Positions 22,666 through 33,400 of a stretch of DNA of 64,000 nt are shown piece by piece. Below the pieces are notes generated by a model. It saw only the letters and a list, made by a program, of their open reading frames with translations, had not been told where the DNA came from and searched no databases. The DNA comes from Schmidtea nova. Taxonomy: Eukaryota. The position numbers and the translations under genes are program-made. Location of the stretch: assembly GCA_044892505.1 (NCBI GenBank), contig CM097883.1, positions 284,890,001 through 284,954,000 on the forward strand, in the 5' to 3' direction. Every line of letters begins with the position of its first letter. Positions within the stretch are counted from its first letter, which is position 1.

Positions 22666-25600
22666 TTATAACTCATGATCCTCTGGATTTTCTCGAGTAC
22701 TATCGTCGTCGTTTCCTGTATTGTCGCCTCCCCTTTGGTCGTTGAAAATGTCGTCCTCGACATTAATTGCTTCTATCATTTTTTCATACGTTATGGTTGT
22801 GAGTATACTTGCTTCATATTCTTGTGTTACTGCCTGCTTAGGTATTTCCTTATCGGTTAATTTACAATCTAGAATCTCTTTCTTGGCTTTTATCCAATTA
22901 TTAAGGTACGTTTTCATTAGTTCTTTCCATTTGTCCGTACGTTCTGTTTCCTTTGGGTTGTTTGTGAATCGCAAATCTTTTCTTCTCATGAAGATGTCTA
23001 TTATCTTTGGCCATTTGTTTATTATTAATGCACACTTTATATACAAATTTTGGCCTTGTTCCATGAACTCGTTGATCCTGAATGCTGGTTCATTGGTGTT
23101 TGGGTTCATCCAATTGAGTATTGTTTCGGTTAGTTCAGCGTTATGCATCATGGAATGTACGCTAGCTTTTTTAACTGTCCTTGTAAGGTATTCTATTTCC
23201 TCCTGATTTGTGATTGTTTTTATAAAGTTTATCACCTCCCAATTGTGCGCTAACAACGCTACGTCTAGTATTGAGCTGTCTTTGTTAGTTCTTCCCATGA
23301 GTCCTGCACCTGCTTCGTACAGTTCCTGTAACACTCGGGTTTTTGTGTTCGCTCTTGCTGCGAATATCATGAGAGTATCTCCCTTTTTATCTTTCATGTT
23401 CATGTCACTTCCGCACTCTTGCATCAACCGTGCAATTTCGACTATCCTCCTCTCTTTTCTTGCTCGTAAGGCTCTATGTATTGGCAATACTCCATTCTTT
23501 GTTAATAAGAAAGTCACTGGCATTTCTCTTTTTATGATCATCATATCGTTTTCATTGTAAGTTCCTTCCGCGTATGCGTGTATCTTTTCCACAATTGCTC
23601 CGAGTATCTCCAGTGTATGTTTAGAATTTTCGAATTCTGGTAATAGTTCTTTTGCTTTGTCCTGTATCGCATCTAACCTTTCTTGATAGGGTACCTCTGC
23701 GCTGAAAAGTGGTGTAAATTTCCTTTTGCTTTCTCTTTCCTTTCGACCTAGGAATTGTTTGCATTTTTCGGGGTGGTTTAATATGTCTACTAGTTTGTCA
23801 TACTCTTCCTCCACCGTTTTGTACTTATCTTGAAAATTGGATATATCTTTGTAAGTTATCGACTTGGTTAGCGATTTAGCACACCATTCCCTAATATTCC
23901 TGAATAATGCTTCTTTTTCACTTTCGAATTTCCACTCCTCTTTGTTTTTGGACATTATGATATTTCCTCTATCTAATAACGTTAACAGTGTTTTCTGATC
24001 ACAAACGAATTTTAATAGAAATCGTAATAACGCGTTTTGTCCTTCACTGTATACCTCGTTTATATTTAACACCCATGTATCATTTTCAGATCTTTTCCAT
24101 TTTATTAGCTTGCGTATTGTTTTGCAGTTACCGATTTTTATTGCCTCCTTGATTATATCACCTTTGATCAGTTCGTCTATTTCCCAAGTGGCCTTCTCGA
24201 TTATTTGTTTGAGCATTATCTGATTTGAGCTCCATATTGCGTGATTCAAGACCGTTTTGTTTTCTCTATCGCGTTCCGTCCAGTTGAAATTGGCATTTAT
24301 CAAAAGGTCTATTATTGCTTTATCCGATTTGTAGATGGCTGCTACCATTAATGGTATTTCTTGTTCGCTATTCCCAAAACCAAGGTATTGGTTTGTTTCC
24401 TTTGCGATTTTTAGAAATTCTTTTACTCTCTCTACTTCTCCCCATTTTATGGCGTTATGTAATGCTGGTTGTCCTCCTATGTCTTCTAGTGAAAGTATTT
24501 CTGGAATTTTTTCCAGTAGTTCTGAAATGACTGGTTTTGTTGGTAGTCCCCTTGCGTAATCACTAATTATCGACTGAATATCTCTTAATATATCGTCTCT
24601 GACATGCCATTTTCCCATTATTTCTCTGGCTTTTAGTACAATTTCCTTGTTTCTTTTTTCTTGTTGATTGTTTTCTGCTTCGGTACTTTCATTGGTTGCT
24701 CTGAGCATATTCATTCTGGCTGTCTGGGATCTGGTTATTATTCGTTCTTCTGGCGCTGTGGTTATTGTCTTTGGTACTTTTTTACATCTGCATGTATTAA
24801 CGTATATTGGTCGTATCAATGGTCGATTAACAAGTTTTACCTTCACATTGTTTTCCTTTTTGTATATAACTTCGTAAGGGCCTTTTCCTGGTCTTTGTAG
24901 TTTTTTAACGGTTCCTGGTATTATTTCTGGGGTTTCTATCATTACCCAATCTCCGGGTTTAAGATCATTTGTTTTAACATTTTTCTTTTGATCGTGTAGG
25001 TCCTTGTAACTTTCTTGATAAAACTTTATGTTCAGTTCTGCTGTCTTCCATATCTCTTGCATTCGTTCTTTGAATTTGGTGACGTAATCATCTTCCTCCA
25101 TATATTGAGACAAAGGTGGTTGATATTCAAGATCTATTGGCATATTGCATTCCCTTCCATACATTAATTGAAATGGACTCAATTTTGTTGCTGCGTGTAT
25201 CGACATTCGGTATGCCATTAGACATAGCTTTATGTACTCATCCCAATCTGTTTGGTGTTTGCTTACATAATTGGATAACATTCGAATCAATGTGCCGTTA
25301 AATCTTTCCGTTTGTCCATTGGTTTGCGGATGATATGGTGACGTTCGTAATTTGGCTATTCTGAAGTAATTTGTTACTTCATCTAGTATTTCGCTCATAA
25401 AATTTGTTCCTTGATCTGTTAGTATTTGTTTCGGGGTTCCGTATCGACAACATATTTCCTCTACTAAAATTCTTGCTACGGTCTTTGCTTTTTGATCCGG
25501 CATCGCAAATGCTTCAGGGAATTTAGTCAAATAATCCGTTATTACCAATATATATTGATTCCCGTTTAAACTTTCTGGCAATGGTCCTATTACATCCATT

Positions 25601-25962
25601 GCAATGGTAGTCATTGGTTCTGCTGGTATCGGCATGGGTTTTAAGGGATTTTTCCATTTCTTCCCACTATCCTTTCTTGTGGCACAAGTTAAACAGTTCT
25701 TTATCCATTCCTTTACGTCCTCGTCCATTGTTGGCCAATAATATTTTTGTCTCATGCGATCTAATGTTTTCTTGTCTGACATATGTCCTCCCAATTTTCC
25801 GTCGTGGTATTGAGTTATTATCTCTTTTCGTCTATTACCTGGCAAACACATTAACCGTTTCTCTCCATCTTGTATTAACAACCATCCTTTTTCTATTGTG
25901 TATCGATGTTGGTATTTCCTCATGTGTTCTTTTAACTCCGCATTGTCTTTGAATACATCCAT
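22666..25962 (-). CDS. pol: Integrase (HHCC, DDE, GPY/F) fused to a ~600-aa ankyrin-repeat extension
   Basis: H...GH...C..C zinc finger; MDVIGP, LTDQGTNF, NGQTERFN; GKGPYEV; ankyrin motifs GQPALHNAIKWG, IPLMVAA, GVLPIHRAL, GDTLMIFAAR. Confidence 0.9.
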   Translation of the reverse strand: MDVFKDNAELKEHMRKYQHRYTIEKGWLLIQDGEKRLMCLPGNRRKEIITQYHDGKLGGHMSDKKTLDRMRQKYYWPTMDEDVKEWIKNCLTCATRKDSGKKWKNPLKPMPIPAEPMTTIAMDVIGPLPESLNGNQYILVITDYLTKFPEAFAMPDQKAKTVARILVEEICCRYGTPKQILTDQGTNFMSEILDEVTNYFRIAKLRTSPYHPQTNGQTERFNGTLIRMLSNYVSKHQTDWDEYIKLCLMAYRMSIHAATKLSPFQLMYGRECNMPIDLEYQPPLSQYMEEDDYVTKFKERMQEIWKTAELNIKFYQESYKDLHDQKKNVKTNDLKPGDWVMIETPEIIPGTVKKLQRPGKGPYEVIYKKENNVKVKLVNRPLIRPIYVNTCRCKKVPKTITTAPEERIITRSQTARMNMLRATNESTEAENNQQEKRNKEIVLKAREIMGKWHVRDDILRDIQSIISDYARGLPTKPVISELLEKIPEILSLEDIGGQPALHNAIKWGEVERVKEFLKIAKETNQYLGFGNSEQEIPLMVAAIYKSDKAIIDLLINANFNWTERDRENKTVLNHAIWSSNQIMLKQIIEKATWEIDELIKGDIIKEAIKIGNCKTIRKLIKWKRSENDTWVLNINEVYSEGQNALLRFLLKFVCDQKTLLTLLDRGNIIMSKNKEEWKFESEKEALFRNIREWCAKSLTKSITYKDISNFQDKYKTVEEEYDKLVDILNHPEKCKQFLGRKERESKRKFTPLFSAEVPYQERLDAIQDKAKELLPEFENSKHTLEILGAIVEKIHAYAEGTYNENDMMIIKREMPVTFLLTKNGVLPIHRALRARKERRIVEIARLMQECGSDMNMKDKKGDTLMIFAARANTKTRVLQELYEAGAGLMGRTNKDSSILDVALLAHNWEVINFIKTITNQEEIEYLTRTVKKASVHSMMHNAELTETILNWMNPNTNEPAFRINEFMEQGQNLYIKCALIINKWPKIIDIFMRRKDLRFTNNPKETERTDKWKELMKTYLNNWIKAKKEILDCKLTDKEIPKQAVTQEYEASILTTITYEKMIEAINVEDDIFNDQRGGDNTGNDDDSTRENPEDHEL

Positions 25963-25994
25963 ATTTCGTGAGCTTAGGAATTCTATGATGGGTT

Positions 25995-27122
25995 TTAGTT
26001 CTTTTTATCCTCTTGCTGATCTTTCTTTAACTCACTGAAATCCAAATCCTCTGCTATCACTATGCATATTCTTTGCACTTCTGGATCTGTTAGTTCTGGA
26101 AACGTCAATCTTGACATACAATCCGCGTTGGCATTCGCTTTCTCTGATTTGAATTTTATATCTGGTGAATATTCTTGTAATTGCATCGCCCATCTCCTTA
26201 ATCTGCTGGATGTTTCCTTGTGTTGTCCTAGCCATACAAGTGGTTGATGATCCGTGGTTATGCATATAACGTGTCCCCATAATAGATATTTAAAGTGTTT
26301 TATTGCTAATATTATTGCCAATGCTTCTCTTTCCGTTACTGAATAATTCTTCTCGTGTTTCTTGAATGTTCTGCTATAATATCCGATTACTCGTTCTTTA
26401 CCTTCGTCATCATATTGTCCTAACACTGCTCCTGCTGCATATCCACTTGCGTCAGTCGCGAGTAAAAATGGCTTCTTGAAATCCGGGTGAACCAATATTG
26501 GTGCAGTTATTAGCTTATCTCTCAATGTTTCAAAGGCGGTTTGTTGTTCGCTTCCCCATATGAATGATACGTCTTTCTTTACTAGCTCTTGGATTGGTTT
26601 TGCAATTCCTGCGTAATCCTTTATGAATTTCCTATAATAACCGCATAATCCGAGAAATTCTTGGATCTGCGTTATCGTCTTTGGTACTGGACATTCTTTT
26701 ACTTTATCAATGTTTCTGGGATCTGGTTCCTTTCCTTTTGCGGACACAATATGTCCTAAGAATGTCACTTTCTCCTTTGCCCAATCGCATTTCGATGGTT
26801 TGAGTTTGAGTTTCCATTGTCTCAATCTAACAAATACATCTCTGATATCTTGGATGTGTTGTTCAAATGTGCTTGAGTAGATCAGTAGGTCGTCAATGTA
26901 AACCATGCATTGTTTTATGCCGTGGGTAACGAAATTCATACATCTTTGAAATGATGCTGGCGCATTGGTTAGTCCGAATGGCATTTTCCTAAATTGGTAC
27001 AAGTCTCTTCCAATGGTGAAAGCAGTTTTCTCTTTGTCTTCCTCCTTCATTTTAATTTGCCAGTATCCGCTTTTCAAATCCAATGATGTAAAATATGCCG
27101 CTCCTTGTAATGTCAATAACAT
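25995..27122 (-). pseudogene. pol: Reverse transcriptase (C-terminal part) and RNase H
   Basis: LDLKSGYWQ, MPFGLTNAPASFQR, YIDD, ATDASG, REALAI. Separated from the RT N-terminus by an in-frame TAG (27123-27125) and from integrase by a 1-nt deletion at ~26000. Confidence 0.92.
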
Positions 27123-28180
27123 CTAGTTGATGTCTGGTAATGGGTATGTATCCCGTTTTGTTACCGCATTTAATCTCCGATAATCAATACAAAATCGTTG
27201 TGTTCCGTCTTTCTTTTTCACCATTACAACTGGGAATTGCCACGGTGAGCAGCTTGGTTCAATTACTTCTGCGTCTAGCATTTTCTGTACTTCTGCTTCT
27301 GCTACTGATTTCTGCGCTTCAGCTAACTTGTATGGTCTTAACGCAATAGGCGTTTCGTCTGTTAGTGGAATCGTATGTAGTGTGACGTCGCATGTCCCTA
27401 GATCTAAATCGGATGCTGCGAATATGTCTTTATATTCTATCAGTAATCTTTCTAGCTGCTTCTTTTGATCCTCATTTAATAGTTGGCTATCAATGTTCCA
27501 AGTGGGTTCCTCCTCTTTTACTCCTTCTTTTATTGGTATTTCGATATCTATCATTGGAGTTAGTTTACCCAATCTTTCGTTTTCATAAATTATTTTATCC
27601 TCTTCATCGAAATTTACTACATTTATTGGGATTTCTCCGTTGTCATTCGCACTCACTAATCCCCTTGCCATTGGCAACGACTTTCTCTTTTCAAATCTTT
27701 TACTGGGTTCAAAGATCATGTCACCTTCTATTGTAGGGTCTATTTTTACGAAACATATTTTCTCTCTCCGTGCTGGTACGATTATTTGTTTCGAACTTGT
27801 TACTTTTGCTTCTATTGCGCATATCTGTCCTGTCCTGTCCTTTAGTCTCATTGTTCCGAGATCAATAACTATTTCTTTAAATAATGCTGGCATTAAATCT
27901 GTGCCTATAATGCATGGTACGCTCAGTGCTGGTATTACTGCTACGTACGTTTCGATTTCTGTGTTTTGATGTTTTATCTTCACCCACCATCTTCCGGCAA
28001 CTTCTACTACTTCTTTACTGCATGCTATTACGTGAACGTTGGTTCTCTCGATATCCCGTCTTTGTTCTTGTGGTATCCATTTTATATCTATTGCTGAGAT
28101 ATTTGCTCCTGTATCAATCATCGCTTCTATTTCCCTTCCGTTAATTTCGATTGTTGTAGTTAATACTGGACCGGTGTTTG
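27123..28180 (-). CDS. pol: Aspartic protease, post-protease beta domain and RT N-terminus (C-terminal part of the 1114-aa ORF)
   Basis: [47 protein letters not shown]. Confidence 0.9.
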
Positions 28181-28639
28181 ATGACATTACTGCAATTGTA
28201 TGTGAGTCTCCTTGCGGATCTACGCTTCTGCACCGTCTCGTTCTATAGTCTTCTGGTATCATAGGATATATGTTTGTCATCGGCATCATTTGCATTGTAT
28301 TTTGTCTCATCCCTGGTGTTGGTTCTTGGTACATGGTTGGTGGGGGTGCGTAACACTTCCACATTTCCGCTGGATTCTTTTCGACGTACTGTGGTACTTG
28401 ATTTTTAAATACTTGACCTCCTTCGTTATCATCATCATCGTCGTCACTGGAATCGTCTTGGGTTCTGTACCCTTTCATTCTTTCCCATAGTCCTTTTCTC
28501 TCTTTCTTTAGTTGTTGTCTTGCTTGCTCGTTATTCATTATCTTTTTAAATTTTCGTCCCACCTCTTCATCGGTTCCTTTCATTTTTGCCAGTATTTTTA
28601 GGAGTCTCTTTATTCGGTGAATATCTTTTGAATGACCGT

Positions 28640-30473
28640 GTAATACCATTGTTTTAGCCAAAAATGGTAAGAATCCTACCACCAATTTCCAATTTACTTT
28701 CTTTTCTCGTTTATAGATGTCAAAACAGGCTAACATTTGCGTTATTATTACTCGTATTATTTGTATAATTAGTATAACACCAAGTATTCCTGCCATCATT
28801 TGTCCAAATATTAAAAATCTTCCCCACATCGCTTTCATCATGTTCTCCGTTGCCTTCTTAAAGTGGGCTGGTGACAATAATAATTCGTAATTTGGTCCAC
28901 CTTGGTAATTTGTTCCTCCTGTTATTGTTACAATACTGGATAGCACCGCTTCCCTTCTTGCTGGAAATAGTATGTTTTGCCTCGCTGCCTCTAAGTCTTT
29001 TGCGCTATAGAATCCCATATTACTTACATCTACGTCTTTAAATTTTCGTCCTTTTGATAGTTGCATCAATTCAAATTCCCTTGGTGCTGGTACCTCTGTT
29101 CTTGATGGAAACATAACCCAATTTCCGTCTGGTTTTTGGTATAGTGGTCCATATGCGTTGCTGCAATTGAAAGGGTTTGGTTCGAAGCTTATTGGATTTA
29201 TGATTCTTGTCACTGGTTGCACATATCTTACTTTCCCTTTATATTCGATTTCTAGTTCGTTAGTACACTGACCTGGTTGTAGTTTTGTCATTGTTGCCAC
29301 CTTTGCGTTCGTCTTTTTACATATGTATACGTACATGACCTCTCCGACTACCCTTCCAAAATGACCTTCTCTTAATGGTAATAATGGCATTGCACTATCC
29401 GGGTTTGTGATTGCAACTGCTAATTTTGTCTTTAATATTTCCCTATTTAATATGCAATCGTTGTTAATTAAATCGTAATACACTTTTTGTAGTGACGCTT
29501 GTCCTCTATGGAATAGAAAATCCATTTTATTGTTCATGTACAGGTGTAATTTAACATCGTTCGTGTGTACTTTGCGTTTCGCACTAGGTACTTCTTGTTT
29601 TGATACAAAAATGCCGGGGTAGTTGGTTTCCAACATAGCTACTCCGCATTTCAAGGCTGTTTTTCCTTTTACAAACCTCATTCCGATATCTGCATCTGAG
29701 GTAATTAGTACCGTTGGTGTATTTCTCATTTTAATTTGTTTTTCTTGTGTTCGGGTTTCAATCTTTTTCTCTCCTCGTACTGTGTCTTGAAGTATTTTTC
29801 CTCTTGCTGCCTCGTCTTCTTCTTCCTCTTGGAAGGTTTTCCCTTGTATCTCATCGAATTCTGCTTCCTTTAACAGTTGTAGTTGACATTCCTTTCCTCG
29901 TATCTGGTAGGTTAGGGTTGACATACCAGTCTGACAAGTGTTTGACTCGATTTTGCACATAGGTAGAGTTTTCATTTCTCCCGTCGTTGGATCGAAGAAT
30001 GCCTCGTACGTTTTTAGTTCCACTGTATACGTATCTATTACCACTAGGTTTGTTGCTGCTACTTCGAATATTGGATATGTTGCTCCTTGGCAGTACCCTT
30101 CTCCTCCCGTAATAGCTCCTGCTACATAATATGTTTGTTGTAATATCACTCCCGTTTTTCCTCTTATCTTTACTCTATCTCTAGTCTCTACTTCTCCATG
30201 TTTGAATAATTTTTCACAGTCTTCTCCTTGCAGCATTACCGATTCTCTTTCCGTTCCTGGCATCACGATTGCTGAATAATGGCGGTGCCCACAATAAAAA
30301 GCAAATCTGGTTTTATAAACTTTGCATTCTCTGACAATTGTTCTTATCAGTTCAGCTTCCTGATATACGTGGTATAATTGTCTCTTTTTTAATGTTTTTA
30401 GCTCCGTTGGGGTTGCGTCCTTACATTGTTCTGTCCCTCGTAGTGAATATTTCTCACCTAATGCCATTTGATC
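28640..30473 (-). CDS. env: Envelope glycoprotein, class III fusion type (chuvirus G / retroelement gB-like)
   Basis: Cys-spaced ectodomain beginning FEVFD(*)DQ, with [13 protein letters not shown], [33 protein letters not shown] and GFYS, then TM segment [21 protein letters not shown]. Family assignment is from recalled motif patterns. Confidence 0.75.
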
Positions 30474-33400
30474 TCAATCGAATACTTCAAATGCTGTTGC
30501 TCCGTCAGTACTAATCATCCATATTAACATCATCATAATGATAGAACTCAAGTTTAGTGATGATTTCCCGTTTCCTGTTCCCGACTTTTCCTTTTCCAAT
30601 TCTCCCAATATCTCTTCGAATTTCCTTTTCATATTTTTGGCTTGGTTTTTCTTTTGGTTCGTTTTTGTGAATGTTTCCCATCCTCCTTTACTGATGATGT
30701 ACGGTTCTATTTCCTTCTCTATAATTTTGGCTGTATTCTTTATATGTCTTTCAAGTGCTGTGGGTTTCAGTCGACCTCTACTCAGTGTCAGCAGATTGTA
30801 AATGGTGTATGCCATAGCTATTAAATATTTGTTATCCGTCTCTGCTCCTTCCGTTAACTTCTTTATCAACATCGTGGTTCCTTGCCAATCTAGGTGGTTT
30901 GACCTTGTCTTCTCTTTTATTAATTCTGGTAGGATTGGTGCGATGGCGCTATGCAGTGATTTCGCCCTTTCGCCTATTTCGTTTATTCTCCACCATTTCT
31001 TTAATTCCGGATCGATTATTGCCAGTATTTCCATTAACATCTTTGATATCCATTCCTCGCCTTGGTATGTTTGTGTTGTTTCTTTTTCTTTCGTTTCGGC
31101 TATTTTATTTAGTTTCTTTAGACACAAATCCCATTGATCCCGTCTTTTTTCCTCTCTTGATTTTATAACTACATTTGCTGGATCCATCTTGGGTCTACCT
31201 CTAGGTCGTTTATCCATTGTCGTGCCCGTTTCTACTAATCTTGTTTCTCGTCCAGTTTCTTCTGTGACGTCTCTTGGTTCATTGGCTCTTTCTTCTAACC
31301 ATCTTTCCATTTCTTGTGTGAATTGTACATTTTCTACATTTGCCCTCCTTGCTTCCTCTTCTGCTATTTCATTTACTTCCTCTATGATTATTTCTTGTTC
31401 GACTTCATCTTCGGTGTTGGTTACCGGTATTGCTGTTGGTAATTCTTGGATTCTTTCGAAAATGTTATCATCTTTCTCTTTTGTTAGCTCTATTAACTCC
31501 TCTAACATATCATCGCTATCTGTAAAAATTTCGTCTACATCGTATGGTTCTGGTGGTGTTCTTTCTCTTGTCTCTCTTGGTGTTGTTCTAGCTTGTTCTG
31601 AGCTTGTTCCTGGAGTCATTACCGATTTCATTGGGCTCGGCGTACTCATACTTCCTTTTGGTTTCTTTTCCTCTTTCAATTTCAATGGTTGACCTGCTAT
31701 TGCTGCTACTGTCAATGTATTTGCGATATCTAATTGCGCTGGCGTTATTCCAATTTCTAAGCTGTTATCTAATGATCGTCCTTGGTGTTGTAAATGGAAT
31801 GGTGGTTCATATCTCAATTTCTTTTTAATGTCTCGGACTTTCTCCACTATTCCTACCCAAAACTCTTCCTTTTCTTGGTTCGGATATACTATTCTTAGGT
31901 GTACTTTCTGTGGCGATTCCTGCGAGAATTCTTGGTTTCTCCATTTTTTAATTACGTGATCCAATTGTTCTGGACACCACTCGTTAACTCTTTTGTATTC
32001 GGCGATTGCTTTTGCTACTTTACGCAGGCAGGTTATGTCTTCTCCATTAACTACGAAAAAATCTGCGAGACCTTTTACTAATTTTCTCTTGCCATGAGCA
32101 TTGGTTTTTAATATTTCGACAAATTCTTCCGTTTTTTGTTTTTCTCTTTCCAACCACATGGTTGCCGTTTCTGGTCCGTCTAAATCCGCTGGCATGGCTT
32201 TTCTTGTTACCATACAGACTCTTCCGGTTTCCGGTTTGTGATCGTCTTCTATGCTTATTTCATATTCCTCTTCGTATTCGCCTGCTTTTGGTTCCCAACA
32301 TTTTCCTCGTTCGTTCCATTGTTTTTCTACAGGTGTTCGTAATCGTCTGTTGAGATTGAGTTCTTCTAATACGTCTTCCCATTCTGGCCAAATCCGCCAA
32401 TTTCGATAAATGTCTACTATTTGTTGTAATTTATGCACAACTTCTTTTTGTCGTTCCCGTTCTCTTTTCTCATCTTTAGCAGTTTCTCTTGGTGTATCGT
32501 CCATTCTGATAACGTGGATGGTTTGGTGATTATCCCATATACCAATTTTATATAGCCGTCTTTCGTCGTGATCCCACAATACATGTTCGTTGTATTTCAT
32601 GATTATGTCATCTTCCCATTCTTCTTCTGGTTCTCTTTGTAATAGGGTCTCGTTGATGACATTTACTAATTCTTTTATGGTACAATCTGCTACCACTTCA
32701 ATTTCTTTGGTATCCTCATTAGGCAATTCCACTGAAATTTTTAGATCTGTTATTTTCCCTTGTCTGAACATTGCTTTTCCCATTTTGGCAACTACTTTTC
32801 CGTATGAGATCTGTGACCATCTCGTGTGACTTGTGTCACGTATGCATTCGATACATCGTTTCAGCTTTTCGTATTCGCTTCTCATTAACTCCTTTCTATG
32901 TTTTTTGATTTGTGGGATGATTTGTTCTATCATGGAGTTTAGATTTCCTCGTAAGATTCGACCTTTCTCATATTCTAACCGTGGTTTTATCTTCTTCTCG
33001 AAACACGTATTCGCTTCCTTTGCTACTTCTTGTAGGTTCTCTTCTCTCTTATCATCGCATATCGATAATGTTGTCACCTCTCCTGGCCATATGCCTGTTT
33101 CTATCAAATGCGTCCTTTTCTTCACTAGTCCATTCTGTGAATAGAGGAATTTGTTTTTATATGAACTCCCTAATCTGTCTTCCACCCATTGATAAATATC
33201 TTCCGTGAGTGGAGCTTTGATCCAAATCCTTGGCAAACATGTTTTTATCTCTATTAGTATTATATATTCATGGAGTGGTTCTTTTAATAATTTTCCTACG
33301 TACTGGCTTAGTGTTTCTACTTCTCGGCCTGGTAACCACTCTTTATAGTTCATTTGTAATATCGCTCTCATGAATTTCCGATAGTGTTTCTTGTCGATGA

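Noticed and set aside
25990-26010. Programmed -1 frameshift between RNase H and integrase
   Set aside because: U AAA AAG is not a canonical slippery heptamer and the position is atypical; a 1-nt loss in an A run is simpler.
22666-30476. Alternative genetic code explaining the in-frame stops
   Set aside because: Three different stop codons are involved, and all three terminate other ORFs normally in this window.
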